Made by a program: the position numbers and the translations under genes. From Myxococcota bacterium (GTDB taxonomy: Bacteria; Myxococcota_A; UBA796; GCA-2862545), in the NCBI GenBank assembly GCA_039208735.1, contig JBCCQY010000091.1, positions 1-36,140 of the forward strand: a stretch of 36,140 nucleotides of DNA, written 5' to 3'. Positions 20,679 through 30,937 of the stretch are shown one piece after another. Each line of letters starts with the position of its first letter. Within the stretch, counting starts at the first letter, position 1. A model generated the notes under the pieces. That model saw nothing but the letters and a program-made list of their open reading frames with translations, made no database searches and was not told where the DNA came from.

Positions 20679-21839
20679 TCAGTCGCGCCCCACCCTCGTG
20701 CCGATCCGAACCAACACGCCGACGGCAAACGCATGGACGGCCGCCGCGGATGCGCCATAGGACACGAACGGCAGCACCAGGCCCTTGGTAGGGAACACGC
20801 CGCCCACCACGCCAATGTTGATGGTGGCCTGAATCGCGAACAACGTTGCAATGCCGCCGGCCACCCAACATCCAAAGGACGAACCCGCCCGGCGGGCGAT
20901 CGCGAAGCTGGCCGCTACGAGGGCCAACTGCAAGGCAACGACAGCCGCGATTCCCACCGCGCCCAGTTCTTCACCAACCACCGCCAGGATGAAGTCGTTG
21001 TGCACCTCGGGCAAAAAGCCACGCTGGACGACGCCGTTGGCGAGCCCCACCCCCGTAGGCCCGCCCGCCGCCAAGGCGATCCAGGATTGCACGACCTGAA
21101 ACCCGGTTCCCGAGGCATCCGCAAACGGGTCCACAAAGCCGAGCACGCGCTGCAGCCGATAGGGTTCGATCGCGACCAGGACGAGAAGGGCGCCCCCCAC
21201 ACCGCTCGCAAAGGCCAGCACCCACCGCCATCGCAAGCCGGCCAGGATGAACAGCACGCCCACGAGTGCCAACAAGATGGCGGTCGTCCCGAAGTCTCGC
21301 TGGACGATCACCAAGGCCACCGCCGGCAGGACCAACCCGACGCCCGGCAGTGCGATCCCGACGAGCTCATTCACCCGGTCGCGGTAGTGGGCCAGGTAGT
21401 CCGCAAGCACCCCGATCACCGTGAGCTTGGCGATCTCCGAAGGCTGAAGGTGGATCGGCCCCAACGCAAGCCAGCGCGTCGCCCCACCCGCGGTGTGCCC
21501 CAAGGGCGTCGCGACCAGCAGGAGCAGACCGAGCGTCGCCAGATAGGCCGGCCCGGCAAGTCGACGCAGGGTACCCGCCGGCGCACGAACCAACAGCAAC
21601 GAGGCCACCAGACCCAGGCCAAGGCCTGCGGCCTGACGAACCACGAAGTGTCCAGAGTAGCCGTATTGGTAGGCCGCTCGCATGGCGGTCGCACTTTGAA
21701 TGATGACCAGGCCAAAGCCCGCTAGGGTCACGGCCGCTACCGCCAACACCACCACCGCCGTGCCCGCCCCCAAACGGGGGTGCGACAAGGACGGGAAGCT
21801 TCGCGACGAGACGGGCTGAACAGCCCCATCTTGGTTCAT
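20679..21839 (-). CDS. ftsW: SEDS peptidoglycan glycosyltransferase FtsW
   Basis: RWL...QPSE..K, DFGT, LPEVHNDFI..V.GEELG, LPFVSYG motifs; dcw position. Confidence 0.93.
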   Translation of the reverse strand: MNQDGAVQPVSSRSFPSLSHPRLGAGTAVVVLAVAAVTLAGFGLVIIQSATAMRAAYQYGYSGHFVVRQAAGLGLGLVASLLLVRAPAGTLRRLAGPAYLATLGLLLLVATPLGHTAGGATRWLALGPIHLQPSEIAKLTVIGVLADYLAHYRDRVNELVGIALPGVGLVLPAVALVIVQRDFGTTAILLALVGVLFILAGLRWRWVLAFASGVGGALLVLVAIEPYRLQRVLGFVDPFADASGTGFQVVQSWIALAAGGPTGVGLANGVVQRGFLPEVHNDFILAVVGEELGAVGIAAVVALQLALVAASFAIARRAGSSFGCWVAGGIATLFAIQATINIGVVGGVFPTKGLVLPFVSYGASAAAVHAFAVGVLVRIGTRVGRD

Positions 21840-23149
21840 GCGTCTCGCATAACCATCGCGGCAAAGGCGTCCCCGCGGGCTTCGAAGTCCCGATACGCAT
21901 CGAAGCTCGCACAGCCGGGGGACAGCAAGACGGCATCGCCCGGCTGGGCCCGTTCTCGAGCCAGGGCGACCGCTGCATCAAGGGTTTCGCAGACGTTGCA
22001 GAGGATCCCGGCGGCGTTGAGTTCCGACGCGATTTGAGTCCCCGCTTCGCCAAACCCGACCACCGCCCGGTGGCGCTTCAGCACCGGGACCAAGGCCCCA
22101 AAGCCCAGCGTGCCATCGGCGAGGGGCTTGCCTTGGCCGCCGAGCAACACCACGGCACACTCGGCAAGCCCTCCAATGCCGGCCCGTGCGGCATCGAGAT
22201 TGGTGGCCTTGCTATCGTCGATGTAGCGAATGCCATCGCGCGTTCCAACGATCTGCATGCGATGGGGCAACGCGGTCAACGAAGCCAGCCCGTCGGGGAG
22301 CGCCTCAGGGTCCGCGCCCATGGCCAACGCAAGCAGACAGGCCGTGGCTGCGTTGTCGAGGTTGTGTTCCCCCGCAACCTGTACCGGCGAAAGATCGAGG
22401 TCGACGGGCGCCTGTCCGGGTACCTGGGCCGTCGCCTGGCGGCCATGGCGCTGAACACCCGGCAAACGGCCGAGATGGGCGCGACGCGCGGCGGTCTGAA
22501 CGACCTCATCGAGCACGGGATGCGTCACAGGGGTCACCGCGACATCGGCGGCGCTCATACCCGCAAACAGCTGGGCCTTCGCTGTGCCATACGCGCGCAT
22601 CGTCTTGTGTCGTGCCAGGTGGTCCGGCGTCAGGTTCAAGATGACCCCAACTTCTGGGGAAAAGTCTCCTCGAAGCTCGAGCTGGTACGACGATACCTCC
22701 ACCACCAACACATCCGGACGCGGCTCACTGGATACGGCATCCGACAGCGGATTACCAAGGTTTCCGCCAACGAAGGGCGTGAACCCAGCCGTCTTCAGCA
22801 GCTGCCCCGTAAACGACACGACGGTCGACTTTCCGTTCGTGCCCGTGACGGCGACGATGGGCTGGTCAAGGGCACGAGCCGCAAATCCGAGCTCTCCCAC
22901 GACGAGCTTCCCGGCTTGAAGCGCCCACGCCACGTTGGGTTGGTTTAGCGGAATTCCAGGCGAGACCACGATTTCATCGGCATCCTCGAAGACCTCAGGC
23001 CGGTGAGGCCCCCCTTCTATCCGCACCCCGGGAATGGGTTCATGCTGGGTCCGAAGGTCGATCCCGAGCACATCGTGCCCCTGATCCCTCGCCAACGCCG
23101 CAGCGGCCCGGCCCGATCGGCCGAGGCCCATGACCAGAATCTTGGCCAC
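21836..23149 (-). CDS. murD: UDP-N-acetylmuramoyl-L-alanine--D-glutamate ligase
   Basis: GLGRSG, VTGTNGKST, EVSSYQL, DDSKATN, LLSPGCASFD motifs. GTG overlaps the mraY stop. Confidence 0.97.
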   Translation of the reverse strand: MAKILVMGLGRSGRAAAALARDQGHDVLGIDLRTQHEPIPGVRIEGGPHRPEVFEDADEIVVSPGIPLNQPNVAWALQAGKLVVGELGFAARALDQPIVAVTGTNGKSTVVSFTGQLLKTAGFTPFVGGNLGNPLSDAVSSEPRPDVLVVEVSSYQLELRGDFSPEVGVILNLTPDHLARHKTMRAYGTAKAQLFAGMSAADVAVTPVTHPVLDEVVQTAARRAHLGRLPGVQRHGRQATAQVPGQAPVDLDLSPVQVAGEHNLDNAATACLLALAMGADPEALPDGLASLTALPHRMQIVGTRDGIRYIDDSKATNLDAARAGIGGLAECAVVLLGGQGKPLADGTLGFGALVPVLKRHRAVVGFGEAGTQIASELNAAGILCNVCETLDAAVALARERAQPGDAVLLSPGCASFDAYRDFEARGDAFAAMVMRDA

Positions 23150-24297
23150 TACCGTAGCTTCAACGTAGACAGCGCCACGAGCGCCAGCACCACACTGATG
23201 ATCCAAAACCGAACGATGATCTTGGGTTCGGACCACCCCAACTTTTCGTAGTGATGGTGAATCGGCGCCATCGCAAACACGCGCTTTCCGGTCAGTCGGA
23301 AGGATGCAACCTGAATCATCACGCTCATCGCTTCGAGTACGAAGATGCCTCCGACCACGGCGAGAAGCACCTCTTGCTTGGCCATGACGGCCAACATGGC
23401 CAGGGTTCCGCCGAGCGCGAGCGACCCCACATCCCCCATGAAAATCGACGCAGGGTAGGCGTTATACCAAAGAAATCCAAGACCTGACCCGATCAGCGCA
23501 AACGCGATGACGGTGAGTTCGCCGGTGCCCGGCACAAAGGGGATGCCGAGGTAGCTCGAGAATTCGGAGTGGCCGGTGAGGTAGGAAATCAACCCGTAGG
23601 TAGCGGCGGACGTCATGACTGGACCAATGGCCAAGCCGTCGAGACCATCGGTGAGGTTCACCGCGTTGGATGCGCCCACAACGATGAAGAGTGCTAGCGC
23701 AACGTAAAGCCAGCCCAAGGTGGTGGGGGCTCCATCCCACAACGCGCCGAAATCAACCGAGAACCCAGTCAAAAACGGAAACGACAGACTCGGGGCAATG
23801 AGACCCTGAGCGTAGCCGTAGGCGAGCACCCCGCCTCCGATGAGGATTTGGAACAGCAGTTTGTACCGGCCGGCAAGGCCAGCCGAGGACCGCTCCATGA
23901 CCTTTTTCCAGTCGTCGTAGAAGCCGATAGCGCCGTACCCGAGCATCACGAAGAGCACCATGAGGGTGGGCGGCTCCAGCTTGGCCCACAGCAGCGTAGC
24001 CACGGTGACGCCCGCGAGCATCGGCACACCACCCATGGTGGGGGTGCCCACCTTGGTGAGCAGGTGGCTCTCGGGGCCATCACTCCGGATGATCTGGTCG
24101 ACCTTCCGTTGCTTCATCCACTGGATGAACCAAGGAAACACAAGGTAGCTAATCAGCAACGCCGTGATCATTCCCCAGGCGGTCCGGAAACTGATGTACC
24201 GGAAGACGTTGGTCCCAGGAAAGATCTCGGAAAGGATCCCCTGTCCTGGCATCCCGAGCACGCCCGGGTCGGGATCGATGAACAGGTAGTACAGCAT
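23149..24297 (-). CDS. mraY: Phospho-N-acetylmuramoyl-pentapeptide transferase
   Basis: GTPTMGG, NAVNLTDGLDGL, IFMGDVGS, MAPIHHHYE motifs. Confidence 0.98.
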   Translation of the reverse strand: MLYYLFIDPDPGVLGMPGQGILSEIFPGTNVFRYISFRTAWGMITALLISYLVFPWFIQWMKQRKVDQIIRSDGPESHLLTKVGTPTMGGVPMLAGVTVATLLWAKLEPPTLMVLFVMLGYGAIGFYDDWKKVMERSSAGLAGRYKLLFQILIGGGVLAYGYAQGLIAPSLSFPFLTGFSVDFGALWDGAPTTLGWLYVALALFIVVGASNAVNLTDGLDGLAIGPVMTSAATYGLISYLTGHSEFSSYLGIPFVPGTGELTVIAFALIGSGLGFLWYNAYPASIFMGDVGSLALGGTLAMLAVMAKQEVLLAVVGGIFVLEAMSVMIQVASFRLTGKRVFAMAPIHHHYEKLGWSEPKIIVRFWIISVVLALVALSTLKLR

Positions 24298-25664
24298 CAG
24301 GGGGTTCCTCCGCCCTCTTCGGGCTTCAACGCACGCAGGATTTCTTCCAAACGTGCCCCACGGCTTCCTTTGAAGAGAATGACGTCATCAGGTCCAAGAC
24401 GACCCTGAAGCCACGTCGCGGCCTCGGTCGGCTGGGTGAAGGCCTGGACGGCAGGACCCACGCATGCGGCCGCCGCTTCGGCCATCCGAGGTCCGACGAG
24501 TACCACATGGTCCAGCCCCAGCGCCCCTGCCTGCCCTGCGACTTGCCGATGCCACTGCGCTTCCTGCGGACCGAGCTCGAACATGTCGCCCAACACCGCC
24601 CATCGCTTGCCCGGCATGGCCGCAAGCACCGACAATGAGGCCTTCATCGAGTCCGGATTGGCATTGTAGGCGTCGTTGAGGGCCAAGGCACCAGAAGGGA
24701 GCCGTTCAGGCCGCATGCGCATGCCAACCGGGGTGTAGCTGGCCAGCCCCTGCGCGGCGGCCCGGGGATCGATGCCCAGAGCGATCGCAACACACAATGC
24801 TCCTGCCGCGTTCAGCGCCACATGACGGCCCGGCGCGGGCAACGTGACCTCGACCTCGCCCTCGGGGGTTCGGTACCGGGCCCGCGTCGCCAGCTGATCC
24901 GGAATGAGCTGGGCTTCGAGCAGGGCAACCGTATCGGCTTGGGGGCCCCCAAACTCGAGGCGTCGCGCACCATCAGGAATCGCGATGGTGGCAACCCGCT
25001 CATCGTCGACATTCACGCAGCACACATCGCCTGGGCGAGCCGTTGCGAACATCGCGCCCTTCTCTTGCTTCACCCCGTCCAGTCCGCCCAGCTCCTCGAG
25101 ATGCGCGGGCCCTACATTGACGATCAGGCGCACGTTGGGCGACGACAGCCGCGCCAACAACTCGATCTCTCCGGGGCCACTGGTTCCCATCTCCACCACC
25201 AAGGCCTTCGCCGTTTCGGGCGTGGCCAGGAACGTCATCGGTACGCCCCAGTGGTTGTTCAGGTTGCCTTTCGTCTGGTGGATTTCCCCGAGTGGCTGGA
25301 TGGCGCAGGCGATCAGCGCACGTGTGGTGGTTTTGCCAGAGCTGCCGGTGAGACCCACGACCGGCCCCTCGAACCCTTGGCGCACGTGTCGTCCCAGCGC
25401 CTGCAACGCCCGCGTCGTGTCGGGCACCACCACGGCTCCGCCCGTCCAAGACTCGGGCACCGGCTGGCTCACCACACAGCCAATGGCCCCTTTGGCCTGG
25501 GCTTGGTCGAGAAACTCATGTCCATCGAACCTGTCCCCCGAAATCGCCAGAAACCAACTGCCCCGCTCAAGCGTCCGCGTGTCGGTGATGATGTCGCCCG
25601 CCGCCGCGTCTCGGACAAGCGTGCCTCCGGTCGCGGCGGCAATGGTGGAGCCGTCGAGCTTCAT
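24297..25664 (-). CDS. murF: UDP-MurNAc-tripeptide--D-Ala-D-Ala ligase
   Basis: TGSSGKTTT, NLNNHWGVP, NDAYNANP, VLGDMFELG, KGSRG motifs; GGAGG SD. Confidence 0.97.
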   Translation of the reverse strand: MKLDGSTIAAATGGTLVRDAAAGDIITDTRTLERGSWFLAISGDRFDGHEFLDQAQAKGAIGCVVSQPVPESWTGGAVVVPDTTRALQALGRHVRQGFEGPVVGLTGSSGKTTTRALIACAIQPLGEIHQTKGNLNNHWGVPMTFLATPETAKALVVEMGTSGPGEIELLARLSSPNVRLIVNVGPAHLEELGGLDGVKQEKGAMFATARPGDVCCVNVDDERVATIAIPDGARRLEFGGPQADTVALLEAQLIPDQLATRARYRTPEGEVEVTLPAPGRHVALNAAGALCVAIALGIDPRAAAQGLASYTPVGMRMRPERLPSGALALNDAYNANPDSMKASLSVLAAMPGKRWAVLGDMFELGPQEAQWHRQVAGQAGALGLDHVVLVGPRMAEAAAACVGPAVQAFTQPTEAATWLQGRLGPDDVILFKGSRGARLEEILRALKPEEGGGTP

Positions 25665-25677
25665 CAGACCTCCCCGG

Positions 25678-27129
25678 TCATTCGTCCGCCCGTAGCACGG
25701 TCCGAGCCACCTCGCGGTCGTCGAAGGGGTGCCGCACGCCTTGAACCTCTTGGTAGGTTTCGTGACCCTTGCCCGCGATGAGGACCGTGTCACCCGCCGT
25801 TGATGCGGTCAGAGCATGCCGAATGGCTTCGGCTCGGTCGAGTTGGACGTGGGCTCGCGCCGGGTTCGCCAGACCCGCAACGATCGCATCGACGATGGAT
25901 TGCGGATCTTCGGTGCGTGGATTGTCCGTCGTGATGACGACGTAGTCGGCCTCGGCTTCGGCAATGCGTCCCATGGTCGGACGCTTTTGGACGTCGCGAT
26001 CCCCCCCACACCCAAACACCACCCACAACCGATGAGAGGTGAGCGGACGCAAGGTCCGAAGGGCTTGTTCCAGCGCGTCAGGCGTATGGGAATAGTCGAC
26101 CACTACGAGCCGCCCGCCCACATTAGGCACCCGTTCGAGTCGACCCGGAGGCGGTGCTGCGGCCTCGATGGCCTCGATGGCCTGGGTCGATGCTACGCCC
26201 AAGAGCACCAGAATGCCGTAGGTCGCGACGACGTTGAGCGCGTTGAACCGGCCCACGAGCGAGGACCGGATCGCAACGCGGCCCGTCGGCGTGACGAGGT
26301 CGATCTGAGTGCCCTCCGCGGTCAGCTCAACCTCGTCGATGTGCAGCGTCGCTCCAGGCGCAAAACCATAGGTCCACGCATCGTCTGGGGCTTGCATCGA
26401 CGTCCATGCGGGGTCGTCTGCGCACAGCAAGGCCCGAGTAGGCCCACCCGCGTCTCGCAGCAACTCGGCAAACAGGCGCGCCTTGGCGTCCCGGTAGGCG
26501 TCGAACGTTCCGTGAAAGTCGAGGTGATCGGGAGTGAGGTTCGTAAACACCGCCAATGCGAACGTGGTGCCGTCGACGCGACGCTGCGCAAGGCCGATCG
26601 AGGTGACCTCCATCGCCACCGCCTTGACGCCTCGATCCACCATGCGCCGGAGCAACGACTGAACCGCCGGGGCTTCCGGAGTGGTGAATCGCGTCGGCAC
26701 GAGTTCTCCTGCGATCAGGTTCCCCGTCGTGCCGATCCGGCCAACGGGCCACCCGAGCGTGGTCAGCGCGTGGTCGACGAGACTCGCCACCGTGGTTTTG
26801 CCGTTTGTCCCAGTGATGCCCACCACAGGCACTTCTCGAGATGGAAACCCGTGCAAGGCGGCCGCGATCTGCGCAAGCGCCAGCTTCGTGTCTGCCACTC
26901 GGATTCGGGTCACCCCATCGGGAACCGGCACGCCGCGTTCCACGACCGCAACCCCGGCCGCGATCGTCGGCACGAAGTCATGGCCGTCGAACCGCTGACC
27001 CGCGATCGCAACGAAGATCGAGGTTAGACCAACTTCTCTTGAATCACGACTCACGTCTTCGACGTGACGATCGATGGGACCCTGGATGTCGAGGGTATCG
27101 ATCATCGCCAGCAGTCGATCCAGGCGCAT
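25678..27129 (-). CDS. murE: UDP-MurNAc-dipeptide--meso-DAP ligase
   Basis: ITGTNGKTT, TTP, DHLDFH, DYSHTPDAL, DNPR (mDAP specificity), AGKGHE motifs. Confidence 0.97.
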   Translation of the reverse strand: MRLDRLLAMIDTLDIQGPIDRHVEDVSRDSREVGLTSIFVAIAGQRFDGHDFVPTIAAGVAVVERGVPVPDGVTRIRVADTKLALAQIAAALHGFPSREVPVVGITGTNGKTTVASLVDHALTTLGWPVGRIGTTGNLIAGELVPTRFTTPEAPAVQSLLRRMVDRGVKAVAMEVTSIGLAQRRVDGTTFALAVFTNLTPDHLDFHGTFDAYRDAKARLFAELLRDAGGPTRALLCADDPAWTSMQAPDDAWTYGFAPGATLHIDEVELTAEGTQIDLVTPTGRVAIRSSLVGRFNALNVVATYGILVLLGVASTQAIEAIEAAAPPPGRLERVPNVGGRLVVVDYSHTPDALEQALRTLRPLTSHRLWVVFGCGGDRDVQKRPTMGRIAEAEADYVVITTDNPRTEDPQSIVDAIVAGLANPARAHVQLDRAEAIRHALTASTAGDTVLIAGKGHETYQEVQGVRHPFDDREVARTVLRADE

Positions 27130-27388
27130 CCGTCACTCCAGGGCGGCGTGAGCCGGCCAGATGATAGACTGCGACAGCAGGTGGAGGGGGCCGACCCCGG
27201 TCAGGGGCGTCACGCAGGGGATTGCGAAGTGGACGGATCACCGGGGCCGTCGTGCGCGTCGTCGCTGTGGGGACAGCGACGTGAACCACGCATGGCAGGC
27301 GACGGACGGTCATCGAAACGCCTGGGGAAGGGCGTCATCCAACGCATCCCGACCGGAGTCGGCTCGTGGAGAAGTGGCCACGCTGAGG

Positions 27389-29293
27389 TCATTGCAACAC
27401 CAGCGTGATGGCAGCCCCCGCATCCAGCGGGGTGCCGGGCGGAGGAATCTGGCGTACGACACGCCCGCTTCCACGGACGGTGTACAGAAGCTCGGCATCC
27501 TGAAGCGCGACGATAGCGTCTCGCAGCGGATAATCGAGAAGGTCAGGCACCGTGCGACCGTCGGTCTCGATGGGCGGCCGGTGGCCCTCGACCTCGGGAT
27601 CACGCGTCAATTGAAGGGTTTCTGGCGTAGCAGGGCCTACATGCCGTAGCGCACCCGCCAAGATTTCCGACGCCACCGGAGCGGCAACCGAAGCCCCACT
27701 GATCCGGCCCTTCGATGGCGCATCGACGATCACGGCCACCGCAAGGGTAGGCTCATCGGCCGGCGCCAAGGCGATGAACGAGGCGACGTGCTGGTCGCCG
27801 TAGCCCCCCGCGGCGGGCTTCTGTGCGGTGCCGGTCTTGCCTGCGACCTCGATGCCAGAAACCCGCCCTCGCGGAGCCGGTCCACCCGGCGCGGTCACCT
27901 CAACCATGGTTTGCACCACGGCCTTCGCGGTCTTGGCCGTCACGACTCGGCCCACCGGCTCCGGACGAGACGTCCACTCCGGAATGCCATGGACATCTTC
28001 GATGCGCGAGATGAGTCGGGGCCTCATTCGCACGCCCTCGTTGCCGAGGGTCGCCGTCGCCATCGCGAGCTGCAGCGTGGTGGCGGTCATGCCCTGGCCG
28101 TAGCTGGTCGTTGCGAGTTCGATGGGCCGAATCGTGGCCGCATCGCGGATGACACCGCTTCGCTCCGCAGGAAGGTCGATGCCGGAAAGCTCACCAAATC
28201 CAAACGCTTTCAGCCGCTCGACAAATCGCTTTGGGCCCACCGAGATCGCGAGCTTGCTCGCCCCGATGTTCGACGACTGAACGACGACTTGAGCGGCACT
28301 AAGCTTGGAGAAACGGTGATGATCATGAATCACCGCCCCGCCGTAGCGCCAGGCTCCTCGCTCGAGGTGGAGCACCGTATCGAGACCCACGGTTCCTGCG
28401 TCGAGAGCGGTGGCCAACGTGAATGGCTTGAGCACCGAACCGGGCTCTACCGCGGCTTCGACCGCTCGATTGCGCCTTGGGCCAGCATCTTCTTCAAGCC
28501 GATTGGGGTCGAAGTCCGGCCAAGAGGCCATCGCGAGGACATCGCCCGTCTTGACGTCGATCACGACCGTGGAGGCGGATTCGGGAGCGTCGCGTTCTAC
28601 GGCACCTGCGAGTGCACCCTCCGCGACGCGCTGGACGGCCCGATCGAGCGTGAGGTGGACCGTCATGCCGGTGAAGGCATCGTCAGGGGGCATGGGATCA
28701 CCGACCCCGTCGCCATGACGATCCCGCCGGCGTTCGACCTTGACCCGGCCGCCCTGCAGGTAGGACTCCATGGTCGCTTCGATGCCCAATCGGCCGATGC
28801 CCGCCCCGTCGACAAAGCCCAGCACATGGGCCGCAAGCCGCTCATCTGGGTAGTGCCGAGCCTGAGCATGTTCAATGCCCAGCCCGTCGGTCGGCAATGC
28901 GACAACCGCCTCCGCCACGGCCGGGTGCACATGCAAAGCGAGCCGCTGGTAGCGATTCGACGCGGTCAGCTTCTCGAGCAAGATGGGAGCGGGAACCTCG
29001 AGCAATCCCTGCAACTCGCGCGCGAGCCCAGGTGCCAACCCGGGAGCGATGCGCCGCGGATCGGCAACAACATGAGGTGTGACCACCGAAGTGGCGAGGC
29101 GGTGCCCCGACCGGTCGACGATGGCGCCACGCCGAGACTGCATCTCCACGCTGTCCCAACGTTGGATGGCCGCAAGGTCGAGCGTGGCTGCCTGAGGGGC
29201 AACCGAGAGCGCCATCGCCCTCAATCCCACCAGGCCCAGTCCCGCGAAGCACAGGAGTCGGACCACACCCAAGCGCTCGTGGGCAAGGCTCAC
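27389..29293 (-). CDS. ftsI: Class B penicillin-binding protein FtsI/PBP3 with C-terminal PASTA-like domain
   Basis: RGAIVDRSG, EPGSVLK (SxxK), SSNIG (SxN), GKTGTAQ (KTG); PASTA-like VPDL...GSGRVVRQ.P.PG. Confidence 0.95.
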   Translation of the reverse strand: MSLAHERLGVVRLLCFAGLGLVGLRAMALSVAPQAATLDLAAIQRWDSVEMQSRRGAIVDRSGHRLATSVVTPHVVADPRRIAPGLAPGLARELQGLLEVPAPILLEKLTASNRYQRLALHVHPAVAEAVVALPTDGLGIEHAQARHYPDERLAAHVLGFVDGAGIGRLGIEATMESYLQGGRVKVERRRDRHGDGVGDPMPPDDAFTGMTVHLTLDRAVQRVAEGALAGAVERDAPESASTVVIDVKTGDVLAMASWPDFDPNRLEEDAGPRRNRAVEAAVEPGSVLKPFTLATALDAGTVGLDTVLHLERGAWRYGGAVIHDHHRFSKLSAAQVVVQSSNIGASKLAISVGPKRFVERLKAFGFGELSGIDLPAERSGVIRDAATIRPIELATTSYGQGMTATTLQLAMATATLGNEGVRMRPRLISRIEDVHGIPEWTSRPEPVGRVVTAKTAKAVVQTMVEVTAPGGPAPRGRVSGIEVAGKTGTAQKPAAGGYGDQHVASFIALAPADEPTLAVAVIVDAPSKGRISGASVAAPVASEILAGALRHVGPATPETLQLTRDPEVEGHRPPIETDGRTVPDLLDYPLRDAIVALQDAELLYTVRGSGRVVRQIPPPGTPLDAGAAITLVLQ

Positions 29294-29562
29294 CGCGCCT
29301 CCCGAGGCGCTTCGACGATCTCGACGTCGTCTGTGAGACCGAGTTCCGCCGCGACACGCTCGGCCTCGATCAGTCGACGACGGGCGTCGCGTTCAAGGGC
29401 CAACCGCTGGTTCAACACCCGGGCCTTGCGAATGGCGGCTCCGGTGCGATCGAGATCACGGCGCAGCTGATGCACCTCGATCCGAACCTGCAGCCAGACC
29501 ATCACCACCACAATGAGGCATGCAAGCCAAATCCCGTAGCGAACCGGCACACTCGGGGTCAT
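29290..29562 (-). CDS. ftsL: Cell division protein FtsL
   Basis: 90 aa, TM helix plus coiled coil ending ERVAAELGL; between rsmH and ftsI with overlapping start/stop codons. Confidence 0.85.
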   Translation of the reverse strand: MTPSVPVRYGIWLACLIVVVMVWLQVRIEVHQLRRDLDRTGAAIRKARVLNQRLALERDARRRLIEAERVAAELGLTDDVEIVEAPREAR

Positions 29563-30458
29563 GCGAGTCTCCGAGCGGTTCGAAGGCGCGCCGATCGGGC
29601 GCGGGGGTTCGGGTCGTCCGCGGCCGGGACATCGTTGCGCTCGACCGCGAGGCGGACCGACCCCACAGGATTGCCGAACGGGTCGCGAGGGCGTCCCTTG
29701 CCCGCATGGTGCGCAAAGAACTGCTTTACGATTCGATCTTCGAGCGAGTGGAAGGTGATGATCGCAATGCGACCCCCAACGGCCACCGCGTTGAGCGCGG
29801 CCGCCAGCAACCGTTCCAGCTGCCCTAGCTCGTCGTTTGTGGCAATCCGAATCGCCTGAAACGTTCGGGTGGCCGGATGAATACGCCCTTTGCCACGCCC
29901 GACGACCGCCGCGACCACGTCCGCGAGGGCCGTGGTTGTGGTGAGCGGACGCGCCTGGACAATGGCTCGGGCCACCGCACGCGCTCGCCGCTCCTCACCG
30001 AGTGTCGCGATGATCGTGCGCAACTCGTCCTCGGGGGCTTCGTTGACGTAGTACCCGGCTTTGGTGATCCCGTGGGGATCCATCCGCATGTCGAGAGGGC
30101 CTTCCGAGCGAAAGGAAAAGCCGCGTTTTGGGGTGTCGAGCTGGTGGGACGACACCCCAAGATCTGCGAGCACGCCCACGATCGGACCGTCGAGTTCCGA
30201 AGCCAAAGCTGGCAAATCACCGAAGGATCCCTGCACCAGCCGAACTCGATCCCCGAACCGAGCCGTTCGCTCACCCGCGGCAGCGAGCGCAGCCGGGTCA
30301 CGATCGATGCCCAGCAGTCGACCGTTTGTCGCGTCGAGCAGGGCTTCGGCGTGGCCCCCTCCTCCAACCGTGCCATCGACGATCCACGCGTCTTCAACGG
30401 GCCCGATGCCAGCCACGACCTCATCCTTGAGGACAGGGACGTGGTGGAAGGACGTCAC
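29559..30458 (-). CDS. rsmH: 16S rRNA m4C1402 methyltransferase RsmH (MraW)
   Basis: HVPVL, DGTVGGGGH, DLGVSSHQLD..RGFSF, PLDMRM, HPATRTFQAIRI, FHSLEDR motifs. GTGA overlap with mraZ. Confidence 0.98.
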   Translation of the reverse strand: MTSFHHVPVLKDEVVAGIGPVEDAWIVDGTVGGGGHAEALLDATNGRLLGIDRDPAALAAAGERTARFGDRVRLVQGSFGDLPALASELDGPIVGVLADLGVSSHQLDTPKRGFSFRSEGPLDMRMDPHGITKAGYYVNEAPEDELRTIIATLGEERRARAVARAIVQARPLTTTTALADVVAAVVGRGKGRIHPATRTFQAIRIATNDELGQLERLLAAALNAVAVGGRIAIITFHSLEDRIVKQFFAHHAGKGRPRDPFGNPVGSVRLAVERNDVPAADDPNPRARSARLRTARRLA

Positions 30459-30901
30459 TCTTGTCGACCCGGCATGCCGGACCGGGCTTCGGTACGGGAC
30501 AATGACTCTTGGAAGCGCTCTTCCCAAGTCGCCTTGTCCCAGATTTCGACGTGGCCCAACAGGACGTGCACGACGCATTCTCTCTGCAGCCCAGCGAGCT
30601 TGCGCAACGGGGCAGGAATGCGGATGCGGCCCTGTCGGTCGATGTCGCAGTCTTGGGCCGTCGACATCGTGGAGTGGGCGAAATCGAGCACTTCGGCTTG
30701 GAACGGGTCCTGCTCGATCATGTGGCGCTCGACTTCCTTCTCGTAGTGGTCCGCCGTCCATGCCCATACGGCACGACGCGAGTAGGTCAGCACCAAAGAG
30801 GTTTGCCCTGCTTCCTCGATGGCACGACGAATGGGCGCAGGCAAGGCCAAACGCCCCTTTGCGTCGATAGTGACGTGCTGCTGACATCGAACCCGAATCA
30901 C
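30455..30901 (-). CDS. mraZ: Transcriptional regulator MraZ
   Basis: Two AbrB-like repeats (IDAKGRLALP, IDRQGRIRIP) and VEIWD; first gene of the dcw cluster. Confidence 0.96.
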   Translation of the reverse strand: MIRVRCQQHVTIDAKGRLALPAPIRRAIEEAGQTSLVLTYSRRAVWAWTADHYEKEVERHMIEQDPFQAEVLDFAHSTMSTAQDCDIDRQGRIRIPAPLRKLAGLQRECVVHVLLGHVEIWDKATWEERFQESLSRTEARSGMPGRQE

Positions 30902-30937
30902 GTGAAGAGAGCCAGTTGCCCGTGGAAGGGGTGTGTT

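Noticed and set aside
16338..30870. Long + strand ORFs opposite the dcw genes (e.g. 16338..17573, 19288..20760, 25816..27027, 27788..29470)
   Set aside because: They mirror the true minus-strand genes, as expected from high-GC codon bias.
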